From: Neophaeotheca triangularis
Taxonomy: Eukaryota
Assembly (NCBI GenBank): GCA_054600435.1
Contig: BAAIJX010000001.1
Span: 248,001 to 312,000 of the forward strand
Length of the DNA: 64,000 bases
Direction of reading: 5' to 3'
In this document: piece by piece, positions 1-12,081 of the stretch
Layout: every line of letters begins with the position of its first letter
Position numbering within the stretch: position 1 is the stretch's first letter
Translations under genes and position numbers: made by a program
The notes under the pieces: generated by a model
The model's input: only the letters and a program-made list of their open reading frames with translations
What the model was told of the DNA's origin: nothing
Database searches by the model: none

Positions 1-481
1 ACCGTGGACATTGCCGAAACCAGCGGCAATGGAGAAGTAGGGGGAGATGGGCATGAGAGTCTTGTAGATGTTGTGGATGTCCTCGGGCTGAGTGTAGAGG
101 GAGTTGTTGTCAACGTCCTCGTTGTTGACACCGTCCTCCTCACCACCAGTGATACCGATCTCCATCTCGAGCCACTGCTTCATGGGGGCAGCGCGCTTGA
201 GGTACTTGGCGGTGGTCTCGATGTTCTCCTGGACGGACTCCTCAGACAAGTCGATCATGTGGGAGGAGAACAGAGGCTCGCCAGTAGCCTTGAAGTTCTT
301 CTCGTCCTCGACAAGCATGCCATCGAGCCATGGCAGGAGCTTCTTGGCGCAGTGGTCGGTGTGGAGGACGACGGGGATGCCGTATGCGGGGGCAACAGCG
401 CGGATGTAGTGGGCAGCAGCGGTGCTACCGGCGATGGAAGCGCTCTGGTCCTTGTTGTCGACGCCCTTGCCGGCGAAGTAT

Positions 482-519
<38 letters not shown>

Positions 520-757
520 CTTGGAGTCACGGGCAGCCTCGAGCGAAGAGACGACGGTCGAAGAGCTGGTAACGTTGATGGCGGGAATGGCGTACTTCTT
601 CTCCTGCGCGTGCTTGAAGAGCTGTGAAAGGCCAACGTCAGTGGATTTCCCTTTGGGTTTCCCGTCTCAATGGCAGGGGGAGAGGGGGGAGACGTACAGC
701 CTTCACGTCATCGCCGTAGATGACACCGGACTTGCGAGACAGAACGCTGGTAGCCAT
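1..757 (-). CDS. FBA1: Class II fructose-bisphosphate aldolase, 5' part (runs off the window start); exons 757-698, 621-<1
   Basis: Spliced translation MATSVLSRKSGVIYGDDVKA|LFKHAQEKKYAIPAINVTSSST...LHTDHCAKKLLPW...MEIGITGGEEDG...AAGFGNVHG. Intron GTACGT...CTGAC...CAG. Confidence 0.97.
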
Positions 758-2319
758 TGTGATGTGTTTTTGTTTTGGTATGGGGTTGATGGGTAAAAGT
801 GAGTTGCTTGAAGCTGTTGGGTATAAGAGTTGTTGTGTAGTTGGAGTGAATGAGAAAGAAGAAGACGTCGTTGGTGCTGGGCAGTGAAAGAATAATTAAG
901 GTCGAGCAGTGACGCTCACCTGGGCACCCTTCGACGTCAGGTGGGGGTAAGAGGGGCAAAACTTAACCCCCGAGCCCGACTTTCGGCGAATGAGAGGGCT
1001 GCGGTCGTTCTGCGGTGCTTCGGTGAATTCAGTTTCTGCAAATCCGCCTCGAGACCAAACGATCGATCTCTCAACTATTCGTGTCTCCGGCTGGGCAAAA
1101 AGGGGGATGTTGTTGGTCAAGGCTTGTGCATGTCTCTTTCTGGGTCCTTCTGATGTAGCATTGAGGTCAGCAGTAATAACAATAATATGGATGCTGCCTC
1201 ATTATGACTTGCCGACCACGATAATGTGGATGTCCTACCTTGCTATCAGAAAGGCGTTAATCATATTGGTCGTTACCTTACAGTACACATGTCTTCTTCC
1301 GTTCTTTGCCGATTGTTACAGGACAAGAATAAGATCCGGTTCTGGCCATGCTTGCTGTAGGTAGCCACATCAATTAATCCATCAATCACACACCACACCA
1401 CCACCACACGTCAAGGAGCGCAGACAGCGCAAGGATGGATATGCCGCATCAAGGGGCCTTCTAGCCTGCTACGATCTTGTTATAGGAGTATTCCCGACCT
1501 ATGAGCCTCGGAAGACATACTCCGCAGGACGCTTCCATTCTTCCATACCGGAAAGTGTCGATTTCCCCTATGGAGGCAGCAGAGAAGTTTAGAAGCCTCC
1601 CAAGATTGTCGGAGTTTCGACTACGAAATATCCCTTGACTCGCTTGAATGGGTTGACCTCTTCCAGTGCGAGTGATTACAGCGACCATATTTAGCTCCAC
1701 GTCGACGACTTCTCCAACGTCTTCAACGGGCTCCACATGGCACGAGAAACAGCAAAGGTATTGAGCGAACGAAAGGGAGGTGTTAGAAGCCATCTTACAT
1801 ACGAATGAAAAGACGCCGTAAGAGTTTTGCAAAACTACTGTACTGCCTTGGCAGGTAATTGTTGAAAAATGCATCAAGTTCCAAGTGAGCAGCGAAGCTG
1901 TTCCTGATGCAGAGGCGCAATTTGAAGGACGAAGTCAACCGCTCCAGGTCGTCACCTTCTGGACTCAAGGCCCAATCAACGTGAGCTCTATATTTTCTTT
2001 CTTTCGGCATTGCGCTCGTGCTGGTACCCATGTTCTTGCCGGTACTACCTCCTATGTTCGTATAGTTAAGGTAGAAGAAGGAAACCTTGGAAACTCCTTC
2101 ATTGCGACTGTCACATGCATTGTTCATGAGCTCGGCTCAGTTGCCTCCGCAAATCCTCACTTGGCCAATCTTATCTGATCGCAATCGCAATCTCACTTCC
2201 CCACCTAGAATTTAGGTAGCTCTCCAGGCTGCTTTCACCTTACTTACCTTTTGTAACTTTGCACCTCTTCACCTTCAACAACTTGCATCACACACAACAC
2301 ACAAAGGAAGACCGCCAGC

Positions 2320-5169
2320 ATGCCTCCTCCACGAGGCGCGCCACGAAGGGCTACGCCAAACCGCGGAGGTTCAACCAGAGGCAATTCACAAGCTCAAACT
2401 GGCGCAAGCTCCAACGCTCCCACCAACAACGCTGAGTCGGCTGCAGCCTCGGCTTCCACTCCAGCGAACGGAAACCAGGCGACCTCTACAGGCTCCAACG
2501 GGACTCCAGAAGCCTCAGGCTCCTCCAACGCAAACACTCCGTCCATCTCGCGCAACCCATCCTCGCAGAACCTCACTCAAAGTCAGACCCCAGCCGGCAC
2601 GCCTCCTGCTGCAGCACCAGCTCAACGCGGCATCACTTCGCGTGGCAGGACGATCTCTAGGCCCAGAGGTCAGGGCAGACGCACTCAAGCTCAGCGTGAC
2701 CAATTGGCCGCGCAGGAAGCCGAGAAAAGGAGGACGTACGATGAGGCCAAGGCAGCAGAGAATGACCGCAAGGCACGGGAACAAGCTAGGCGTGAGCGAG
2801 GTCGCGGCCGTGGAAGAGGCACACGCGCCCGCGGTGGAGGAACCATGGGCTTGAGCGATCGCACCCCGCAAGAGCCAGTCGCCAGCGGACCCTTCTCACT
2901 TGGCCAAGTCAATGCCGATGCAAAAGCGTACTCTTCCAGACGCGCACCAGGATTCTCTGGCGGCTTCGGTGGCGGAAGTGGCGGCGGTGGCGGAGGAAGT
3001 GGCGGCGGTGGCGGCAGTGGTGGTGGAGGAGGTGGTGGAGGCGGAGGCGGTGGGGGTTTCAAAGCCGATCCAGCAAGCTTCGTGGTCAAAGGCGAAGACG
3101 ACGACGGTGGCTACATTTCCAGCGATGAAGAAGGGGACATCCCACGTCAAGACGTCGACAGGCTTGAGCCGGATGACCTCACGCAGGACGACAACGGACA
3201 ACAGTACAGCTTTGCTCCCATTCGAATCAAGCGCCATGAGCACCGCGAGCGCAACGTTACTTTCAACGCCGAGGGCGCAGCTATGGAAAACGGGACAGCC
3301 GACATGGAAAACCTTGCTGTTTCTGAGAAGGCTCAGGGCAAGAAGAAGGCTGGTGACGTAGAGTACACCGGCCAAACAGACAAGTACCGCGGAAACCGCC
3401 TAGCTTCAGAGGACTCAGATGAAGACGAGCCTCAAATCAAGCCAGAACCTGCTGACGAGACCATCAACGCCGAAAGTTTGGCACAGATTCCGCCGGCTTC
3501 TCCCGAAACTGCACGCAAAGCTCACAAGGACAGAGTCAAGGCTCGTACTTCTTCCACTTCGGAAAAGGCGCGCCCCGAAATATTCGAGACGCAGGAGGAC
3601 AAAGAAGAGCACGAACGTCGCCTAGCAGATCGCCAGATACTCTTCAACGAGCTCGGCTACATTCCGCCTCCCACGACCGCTACCGATACAGCGCAGGACT
3701 CAACCGAATCTCAGGCTGCAGCTCCAGCGCCAGTGCCTGACAAACGCGCCGACAAGCTCTATCTTTTCCAGTTTCCCACCGAGATCCCTACTCTCGACAT
3801 CCCGATCAAGAAAGAAGCTGGCCCTAACACAGCCGCTGAGCCAAGCACCACCGAAGGTAGCTCTCACAACCGCTGTACCGACCTTGAGGTCGAGGTAGCT
3901 GACCCCGACAACACCATTGCTAACCCGAAGTCTGTCACAGGCCATGACGGACATGCTGCACCAGATTCGACGGAAGAGCCGCAATCAAACGGTCCATCGA
4001 AGACAGCTAAGCCCGCCGGTCTCGTGAGAAACCTATGCCCTCCTGGTAAAGTGGGCAAACTCATCATTCGCAAGTCTGGCAAAGCCGAGATTTCTTGGGG
4101 CGGTTTTCCCATGGAACTGAAGATGGCGATCGAAAAGTCCTTCTTCCAAGACGTTCACATGATCAAACTCAAGGACAAACAAAAGCAAAGCAAGAAGCCA
4201 GAGGGCAACGGCGAGGGCAGTTCGACCTCTGTCAAGCCGGACCCTGAAGCGGGCGAGGATGATGAGGAAGAAAATGATGAGTTCGGTGGCAGAATGACCG
4301 CGCTCGGCCAGTTGCGCGGCGGTTTCGTTGTCATTCCCAACATCGACTACCTTCTCAGTTGGTCAGATTTCACCAATCGACTTGCTGACTATGCTTTGGA
4401 CGTCGAAGAAGCTAACAACAGCGATCCAGTTGATCACGCCGCTCTTGCTGACATGGAAGAACCAACCCCTCCAAAACCCCCGAAGTGGTGCAACACATAC
4501 CTCAGCAACAACTCTTCAAAATGCGCCGTGGCAACGTCTATCCCATCAGACAGCACAATCACCATCTCGGACGACGAAGACTCTGGCGACGACGGTTCCA
4601 CGACACCCAACCCCAATCTTGCACAATTTCCTTCATTTCCCATTACGGACGGCGAGGCAACATTCCCTGAACAGCCTACGACGTCTACCCCTGCTTCTGG
4701 ACGATTTGTTTCCTTTTCTGCAACGAGCGACGATTCACCACGTTCTGAGAACGAAATGGCGTCTTCTCCTGTTTCCGACGACGAGGATGACGACGTCTGT
4801 GAGTTCAACCCAAAATCTTTCTCCATTTCGAGCGGCGACAAAAAAGTGCATTCTCTTGGCAAAAAGAAGGTCGAGAAGCCAGCAGAAGACGAGGACTCAT
4901 CTTCCGACGAGGCGTCTGAGGGAGAGGATTCCGACGAAGAGGAGAACGACGCACTCGAGGATGACGAACTCGAACGTCTCCTCAACGGAGAAACCGCCAG
5001 CAGACAGCGCACGCAAGACGCGACCCCGTCTACCACGAACACGATCTGCATCGACCTCCCGGACCCAACGCGCAAAAGGCATCCGTCTCCAGAGGTTCGC
5101 AACTACTTCACGGGATGGTCTCAAGAAGAGATGAACGCTAACCACGACGCAGACCATTGGCGGCGCTGA
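2320..5169 (+). CDS. RPC53: RNA polymerase III subunit RPC4/RPC53. The ORF continues 269 aa past the usual end; a spliced form may end at 4433
   Basis: Low-complexity N-terminus with a poly-Gly tract. RPC4 C-terminal domain motifs KLYLFQFP, GKVGKLIIRKSGKAEISWGG and ALGQLRGGFVVIPNIDYLL. A possible in-frame intron lies at 3857-3940 (GTAGCT..GCTAAC..CAG). Confidence 0.85.
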   Translation: MPPPRGAPRRATPNRGGSTRGNSQAQTGASSNAPTNNAESAAASASTPANGNQATSTGSNGTPEASGSSNANTPSISRNPSSQNLTQSQTPAGTPPAAAPAQRGITSRGRTISRPRGQGRRTQAQRDQLAAQEAEKRRTYDEAKAAENDRKAREQARRERGRGRGRGTRARGGGTMGLSDRTPQEPVASGPFSLGQVNADAKAYSSRRAPGFSGGFGGGSGGGGGGSGGGGGSGGGGGGGGGGGGGFKADPASFVVKGEDDDGGYISSDEEGDIPRQDVDRLEPDDLTQDDNGQQYSFAPIRIKRHEHRERNVTFNAEGAAMENGTADMENLAVSEKAQGKKKAGDVEYTGQTDKYRGNRLASEDSDEDEPQIKPEPADETINAESLAQIPPASPETARKAHKDRVKARTSSTSEKARPEIFETQEDKEEHERRLADRQILFNELGYIPPPTTATDTAQDSTESQAAAPAPVPDKRADKLYLFQFPTEIPTLDIPIKKEAGPNTAAEPSTTEGSSHNRCTDLEVEVADPDNTIANPKSVTGHDGHAAPDSTEEPQSNGPSKTAKPAGLVRNLCPPGKVGKLIIRKSGKAEISWGGFPMELKMAIEKSFFQDVHMIKLKDKQKQSKKPEGNGEGSSTSVKPDPEAGEDDEEENDEFGGRMTALGQLRGGFVVIPNIDYLLSWSDFTNRLADYALDVEEANNSDPVDHAALADMEEPTPPKPPKWCNTYLSNNSSKCAVATSIPSDSTITISDDEDSGDDGSTTPNPNLAQFPSFPITDGEATFPEQPTTSTPASGRFVSFSATSDDSPRSENEMASSPVSDDEDDDVCEFNPKSFSISSGDKKVHSLGKKKVEKPAEDEDSSSDEASEGEDSDEEENDALEDDELERLLNGETASRQRTQDATPSTTNTICIDLPDPTRKRHPSPEVRNYFTGWSQEEMNANHDADHWRR

Positions 5170-5824
5170 TTCCCCACTTGCACAACAAGGTAAGGCATCA
5201 GAAAACTCCACCAATGATCTTTTTCTTCCCCCGGAAGAACCTGGACCCAGAGCAGCGCTCACGCACGACTTGATTCAAGTTTCCCCAGCATTCACTCGAC
5301 AACGACGCGACATACCCCTTCCCCTTCGACTGCACGACAGAAATCAAGACTTGAAAAATATGCTTGGTGCGACTTTGATGGCGATCATCATGGACGTGGC
5401 GACACCGGTTCATTCATGGAATTTTCCTTGTTGCAATCGCGGGCAGGCCGAAAAGATATCATTACAACGGCGTTTGGGTGCGACATGGACTAGGGGGGCG
5501 TAGCGGGTTCAGATACCCCGAGTGTGCTCTTCCTCTTTGCGGGAGGTTAGTCTAGCGAGCCACCACTAAGTACCATGATTGTATTTTGTTTCAAAACCAC
5601 CTGCGCGTTCAGTGTTCATCATTGTGCAGGTTTTGTGTAGTAGAGAGGGCCGAAAAATCAGAGGTAAGCTACCTTCTACACTGCGACATGGACGACAAGC
5701 AGCAGAATACAGTGTGTGAAAGTCGTAAAACTGTTCTTTCTCTCCTATATACAACCCAAATTCGCTCCATTCCCCATCCGCTCCCCACCCTCATCCCATA
5801 AATCCCCCACCTCTCCTATCCTCT

Positions 5825-7650
5825 TCACTTCAAGGCCTCAGCAACCGCACTCAAAAACACGGCCAACCCATACGCCCCGGGATCCGGCACCTCCTCAAAT
5901 CCACTGCCACCCACATAAACCGTCCTCCCCAGACTCGCCTGCATACCCTTGGTCCCCTTGGCTCCCTCATCTGCCGCATTCGCAGCCTTGCCCACATCCC
6001 CCGAACTGGCCAAAGTCTCGACGAAAGGCTGCAGCGCATCGACGAGGGTGCGATCGCCGGGTTTGGCGGGCGTGTAGCGGGCTAGGCTGCGGCTGGCGGT
6101 TTGCAAGGCCTGGGCCCAGTGGTGAGGGCTGGCTGGTGTCGAGGAGCTGGGGGCTTGCGAGCGGATGCCGTGCGCGAGAGCGTTGAGGAAGATGGCGTAG
6201 ATGGCTCCCGAGGTGCCGTCCATGGTTGTTTCGACCACGGAGATGATCTTGTCGAGCACGAGGCCAGCGTCGCGTTCGTTTTGAAGAGCCGGTAGGGCGT
6301 TGCTGAGGAGGTTTTCGGCGCCCCGGCGTAGTCCTATGCCGCAGTCGCCGTCGCCGACGACCGTGTCGTAGCGGGTGATGTCTGGTTCGGCGGCTATGAG
6401 CTTTTCGAGGCCGTTTTGGAGGGTTTTGGTCGTGAGGGCTGGATCGACGGTGATGTTGCAGGGTTTGTTGGGTTTGTCGGAACCGGTGGCGGCGGAACGG
6501 GTCTCTTTGGGTGGGTTAGTCCAGGTTGCTGATTTGATAGGGGTGGCCCAGCCAGCGGCTTCAGACGGAGCGTCGAGGAGGGTGAGCATGTCTGCGTTGG
6601 AGACGCCTGTGGGGCCGAGCTTGAGTAGGGAGATGCTGAAGCCCAGGCCGTTGAGGGAGGTCATGAAGGTGCCCGAGAGGGTGCGGACGGGGTTGATGGA
6701 GTAGGTCTTGCTGAGTTGCGAAACCACTTCGGCAGTAATGCCACCCATCTCCAACGGAGAGACTCCGCCCAGGTTGTTGACCAGCAGGACTGTGTCGTCC
6801 TTGGAGCTGACGGAGAGAAAGGCGCGGTCCTTGTCGGATTGGTCGAGCATATGCTTCAGCATGATTTGCACAGTGCCAGCGAGGTCAGTAGTTGTCCTCT
6901 CACTGCCAGGTTCGTTATGTATCCCCATTCCAACTTCCAACTCATTCTCCTTGAGCTCGTCGTCTCCACCAGGTGCACGACCAGGCACGTGGACGTGGCT
7001 CAGACTGCTTCCAATGGAGACGGTGTTCTCCGCTACGGCTTGCGCGACCTTGTACACATCTTGCAATCCGGCGCCAGTTGCCGCAAGTGCGCCGGCAATC
7101 TTTTGCACAAGCACTGTCCCTGCAATACCTCTCCTGCCAACCTTGCCTCCCTTTGCCCTTCCAACCCCAGCATCGTCACCCATGACAAGCATCTCGGCCT
7201 CGATACCAGCCGCCTTGGCCTTCTCGACGGCCATGCCAAAATTCAGTACGTCTCCGGTGTAGTTCATGACGACCACCAGGACACCCTTGCTCGAGTCGAC
7301 ACGCTGAAGAATGCATCGTCGGACCTGCTCGGCACTGGGAGAGGCGAAGATGGTTCCCGCAACGGCGCCAGAGAGAAGGCCGGGGCCTACGAAGGAAGCG
7401 AAGGACGGTTCGTGGCCAGCGCCACCGCCGGAGACAATAGAGACCTGTGGCTTTGCGGCATCGGGACGAAGATATACGACCTTGTTCTCGCGGTCAAGGG
7501 CGGCGGTAGGGTTGGTCTGGGTGACGGAGAGAAGGGCGGAGTCGATCAGGTGAGTAGCGTCGTTGATGAAGTGTTTGGCTGTGGAATGGAAGGTCAGTCG
7601 CAGAGCGTACGGGATGCAAGTACCATTTGGGGTGTAAACTAACAAGACAT
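5825..7650 (-). CDS. DAK1: Dihydroxyacetone kinase (DhaK+DhaL); exons 7650-7644, 7578-5825
   Basis: MSSKHFIND start after a GTTAGT..CTGAC..CAG intron. Motifs SGGGAGHEP, GRRGIAGT, GMGIHNEPG, VGDGDCG, GDRTLVDAL and VPDPGA. Confidence 0.96.
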
Positions 7651-7981
7651 GGCTGTTTGAGTGCGTACGCTTTGGGAAAGGGAATGGTAGGGTATGAAGA
7701 GGAGAGGAAGAAAGACCTACAGTTCACGATGACGACCCGCGCGGACAAGGCTCACCTTTTACCTTGGGGGCTAGGACAAGTTTACACCCTTCGGCCGGCT
7801 TTTGATGGAGCATTCCAAGGTTGTTGTTTGGCAGACAGCTACCGCTCCCACAGTACGAGAGTACCTCCTAGCTCTGAGGGAGTGCGGGGCTGGTGGGGTT
7901 TCGCCCACGGAGTCTTCGGCCCCCACCGCCGACAATCCTACTACCTCCTGGTAATGTTGGTCTTGGCTGTAGAAACCCCGA

Positions 7982-8025
7982 TTGGGGGTGGCTTTGGGGG
8001 TGGCTTTGGGGGTGGCTTTGGGGGT
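7982..8025 (+). repeat. 12-bp tandem repeat (TTGGGGGTGGCT)x3 + TTGGGGGT, a G5-tract G-quadruplex motif upstream of DAK1
   Basis: Read directly from the sequence: four G5 runs separated by TGGCTTT. Confidence 0.9.
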
Positions 8026-8891
8026 CATGTTGATGATCATTGTTGAGTTCAGGGGGGCTCAATGGAGGATGTTTTGCAGTCTGGACGTCTGTGTAACGAG
8101 GCATCTCAAGCACCGGTGTGGACAAGTACAGGGGGACATCGTTATGGCATAGATTCATTTTTCTACTTGCGCAGTCGCTTACAGCCAAAGAGGCTCCGCG
8201 AATGTATCATCTGGCAGCTACCTCGTTTGCATCATCATCTTGAACCGTGCATGTTGCTGTGCGGTGTGGAACCGTTCGCAGCGGTATCACGAGATACTCG
8301 ATTCTCCGTCTGTGTGTTGTTGGCAGCCATCGGGCGGCATCGGACGAGTGTGGGGCGGTCTCTTGTTTGGTTCGAACACCCGTGTCCTGTCACAAGGAGA
8401 GCCCGCCCGGTATCTATAGGCATTGCAATGAGATTCTAATGTTGCCCTGCACTAACCCCCAGAGGCAACGAGTCCAGAATGGAGTTTCGTGATGGTAGGA
8501 TAGCTTGTCAAATAGGCACTGCTTATCGAACCAGTCGGCGGGCATCTTCTACAACCTACAGTACTCAAGGTCAGTAAGAACTCGAGCATTTGGTTCGTTT
8601 CGTACAAGTGTTGAGGCATAGGGTGATCAGGTTAAGTTGCGTAATATAGTTTCGTCCTCATTCTCGAGTGTAGGACAGCTCCAATAAAAAGGGTATCATC
8701 ATGTATGGCAGGCTTCGAATGTGAAAGGTTAAAAACTCACCTTTGCAGAGGTAAACCCTTTGCGCTGTAATACAGGCCAGAGTTCGGTGTAGATGGCCGG
8801 CGGTCGCATTGCGCACCATGCGTATAGTCGCTTTCCGACCTTGATGAGCCTGCACACGATGGCCGCATGTCGAGCGGACCTATGCGTAGTC

Positions 8892-9449
8892 TCAAGTCTC
8901 TTCGTCGTCGTCGGCAAAAGCCAACTTGGGCTTGACCTTCTTTTTCGCTTTTTTCGCCATCTTCTTGATGCCTCCATCTTCAGTCTCAGCCTTGTGTTCT
9001 TCGCCGGCTTCGTCTTCCACGTCACCGTCCCCGATGACTTTCCCGACTTTTCTCTTTCTCGATGCAGCACCCTCAGTGGCACTCGATTGAGCCTTGCTCT
9101 TCTCCTTGCCTTCATCATGGGCAGGCAAAGCTCCCGAAGACGCCGGACCATCAGCAATGCTCTTGCCCCTAACGTTTGTACCTTCTACTTCTTTGGCTGC
9201 GGACTCGGCATCTTCGACAGCTCTGTCGGTGAGCTTCTCGTACTCTGCCTTGCTCACAGTCTCACCGCTCTCGTCAATGACGGTAGGGCCGTCATCTTCA
9301 TTCGCCTCCTTAGGCCTAGTTGGCCTGGCGATCTGGCGCTCATGCCTATCCGTGTCACCACGTCCGGCATTCTGGTCGTGAAGACGCTGGAGAAATGGCG
9401 GGAGAGAGGTGTCGTAGGATAAATCCTTGCCTTTGATTTTGCCCGACAT
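8892..9449 (-). CDS. Conserved hypothetical protein, DUF4604-like
   Basis: MSGKIKGKDLSYDTSLPPFLQRL...DDGPTVIDESGETVSKAEYEKL...KKKVKPKLAFADDDEET; this layout is typical of the family (recognised from memory). Confidence 0.8.
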   Translation of the reverse strand: MSGKIKGKDLSYDTSLPPFLQRLHDQNAGRGDTDRHERQIARPTRPKEANEDDGPTVIDESGETVSKAEYEKLTDRAVEDAESAAKEVEGTNVRGKSIADGPASSGALPAHDEGKEKSKAQSSATEGAASRKRKVGKVIGDGDVEDEAGEEHKAETEDGGIKKMAKKAKKKVKPKLAFADDDEET

Positions 9450-9790
9450 AGTGCTACTCGAGTGCACGCTGAGCAGTGGTAATGCCAGCTGAAGTGAATG
9501 GAAGGGGGTGAAGGGGCTTTAGCTGGCAACTAGTCGCCTAGTAAATGTGTGCATGCGTCTTGCCGTGACTCATCAGCACCTCAGCATCAACCGAATGTTG
9601 CGGCGAGAAGCCGGAAAGGCAAGGCGATAGTAATAAATATGGGAAGGAAAAGAACCTTTACAAGCAGACTCTGACTTTTGCTCGCGAGCGGAGAGTACTA
9701 AACTGACGCAGGACTGAATCTTGTCGCACCGAACGGTGGAACCTGGAACGTTGAAGAAAGGTCAAAACCCTGGGCCGAGAGTTTAAAACG

Positions 9791-9832
9791 AATAATAATA
9801 ATAATGATAACAATAATAATAATAATAATAAT
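9791..9832. repeat. Imperfect (AAT)n microsatellite
   Basis: aataataataataatgataacaataataataataataataat. Confidence 0.9.
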
Positions 9833-10057
9833 TACGCAAGCCTCCTCGAAAATTGCTACTGCTACTGCTGCTTCTGAGGTGTGCTTAGTGCTACTACCTA
9901 AGACTAATAATCATTTATTATCATTGTACAGTGATGATTTCTAGTGTGTAGCGAAAAACGGTTGTCGGTCTTGCTTCCGCGCCGGGAAGAATTGTGGGAA
10001 GGTAGAAGAGCCAATTTGATTGCTTGATTGAGAGCTGCGGCTGCTGCAGGGGCTTGC

Positions 10058-10088
10058 GGCTTGCTTGCTTGCTTGCTTGCTTGCTTGC
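10058..10088. repeat. (GCTT)n microsatellite in the KTR upstream region
   Basis: Direct read of tandem gctt units. Confidence 0.85.
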
Positions 10089-10391
10089 AAGTTCCAGATC
10101 GCCTCCTGGCTCTCAAAGCAAAGCGCTCCATCCTTTGACTTGGGCACGAGTACTACATCCGCACCGGCACGCATTGGTGCATCATTCCACGCAGACGCTG
10201 CTGCCCTGTTCAGACGCTCACCCCGAATCGTGCGGCCTCCCCGCTGGCTGGACGACCAGGGCATACCTTACCTTACCTCCCGCCTGAGACGAACAAGGCG
10301 CACTCGATACTCAGCGCTATAGACTGCTTCGACACCGTCGATTGTCTCGTCTCGCGATTCGCGGCCCTTTGTGGCCTAACCCCTCCTCATC

Positions 10392-12081
10392 ATGGACGCC
10401 CTCCAAAACCTCAAAAAACGCCTACCCTCGACCGACGACCTTCCCACCCTCAAATCCCTCCAATATGGCAACCTCAAGCTGAACGCCCAGCGATACTCCC
10501 CCAGAATGTCCTTCTTCCGGAAGCGAATACGGATAAAAGGGAATAGCAGGATTAGCATACCTCTTGGCGTCGTTCTGCTGTTCCCCTGCATAGTTGTCAT
10601 TCTGATTTTGTTCCTGTTCATACGGCATCCGAACAGTCCTGGAGGCAGGTTGATGCCGAGCGGTGCGCCGCCCACAATACGGTAAGTTGGCTTGCAACGC
10701 CGAGAAGAGGGGGCAAACCGGTGTAGGCTGAACCGACATGCTGATCCCCTTTACAGAAAGATCAGTGAGAAGCACGACAAGGTCTTCGTGACTGGTTGTC
10801 TGGATCCCAAACACCAAGTTGACGCACCGCGCGCCAATGCCGCCTTCGTTGTTCTTGCGCGTAATAAGGAGCTTGAAGGCGTGGTCGAGTCATTGAAATC
10901 TGTTGAGCGCCATTTCAACCGCTGGTTCCACTACCCTTACGTCTTCCTTAATGACGGCGAATTCAACTCCACTTTCAAAGAGACAGTCACAAACTACACT
11001 TCCGGCACAGTCGAGTTCGGCAAGATTGGGCCCGAACATTGGGGTTTCCCGGATTGGGTGGATGAGAATGTCGCAAAAGAAGGCATCCGCAAGCAAGGCG
11101 ACGCGGCAATCATGTACGGCGGCATGGAAAGTTACCACCACATGTGCAGGTTCTACTCTGGCTTTTTCTACAAGCATGAGCTGCTCCAGAAATACGACTG
11201 GTACTGGCGCGTAGAACCAGAAATCAAATACTTCTGCGACATCACCTACGACCCGTTTGTGCACATGGAGCGCAACAACAAAACCTACGGCTTCACTATT
11301 GCGGTCAAAGAGCTCAAGGAGACAGTCCCCAACATTTTCCGCTACGCTTCGGCCTACAAACGCACCCACAACCTCACTTCCCAAGGCCTGTGGGAAATGT
11401 TTGTCGAGCCACAACCCGAGTCCCCTCCCGTCGACCTCCCCAAAGAAGACCCTAAATACAAAGACGAGAAGCAAAAGCCACTCCCGGAAGACATCCTCAA
11501 CACCGAACCGGGCCAGGGCACTATCCCGGAAATCGACCCAGAAGCCATGGAAGGCGAAGTCTACAACATGTGCCATTTCTGGTCCAACTTCGAAATCGCA
11601 CGCCTCGATTTTTTCCGCTCCAAAGAATACGAGGAATTCTTCGAGATGATGGATCGCTCAGGCGGGTTTTGGATGGAGCGCTGGGGCGACGCGCCAATTC
11701 ATTCGCTCGCGGCCGGCGCCCTTCTCAGTCCAAAGGATATCCATTACTTTCGAGATTTCGGCTACAGGCACACGACTATCCAACACTGTCCGGCCAATGC
11801 GCCCGCGAGGCAGTTGCCGCGCGAGCCGTTTTTGGAGGGCACCACGGCGGATGAGAAGTTGAGGCGCGAGGAGGATGAGTATTGGGAGAAGTGGGATAAG
11901 CCTATGGAGAATGGGGTCGGGTGTAGGTGTAGGTGCGATACGGATGTTGTGGATGTTGAGGGCAAGGAGGTGAGTTTAACGTTCCGTGGTGGACGCGGTT
12001 GGTGTGCTAACGGTTGTCATGTAGGGTTCCTGTATCCCTGAGTATGTGGAGATTGCGGGTGGGTGGACTACCCCCGCATGA
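10392..12081 (+). CDS. KRE2/KTR family (GT15) alpha-1,2-mannosyltransferase; exons 10392-10681, 10757-11969, 12025-12081
   Basis: Type II TM anchor. Motifs NAAFVVLARN, YPYVFLND, SYHHMCRFYSGFF, YWRVEP, YNMCHFWSNFEI and ERWGDAPIHS. Canonical introns; 519 aa. Confidence 0.95.

Noticed and set aside
4..627. 207-aa plus-strand ORF
   Set aside because: Antisense shadow of codon-biased FBA1 exon 2.
6716..7642. 308-aa plus-strand ORF
   Set aside because: Mirror-frame shadow of DAK1 with no recognisable domain.
7771..8188. ORFs with PKAT / PQSH repeats
   Set aside because: Translations of the 12-bp promoter tandem repeat.
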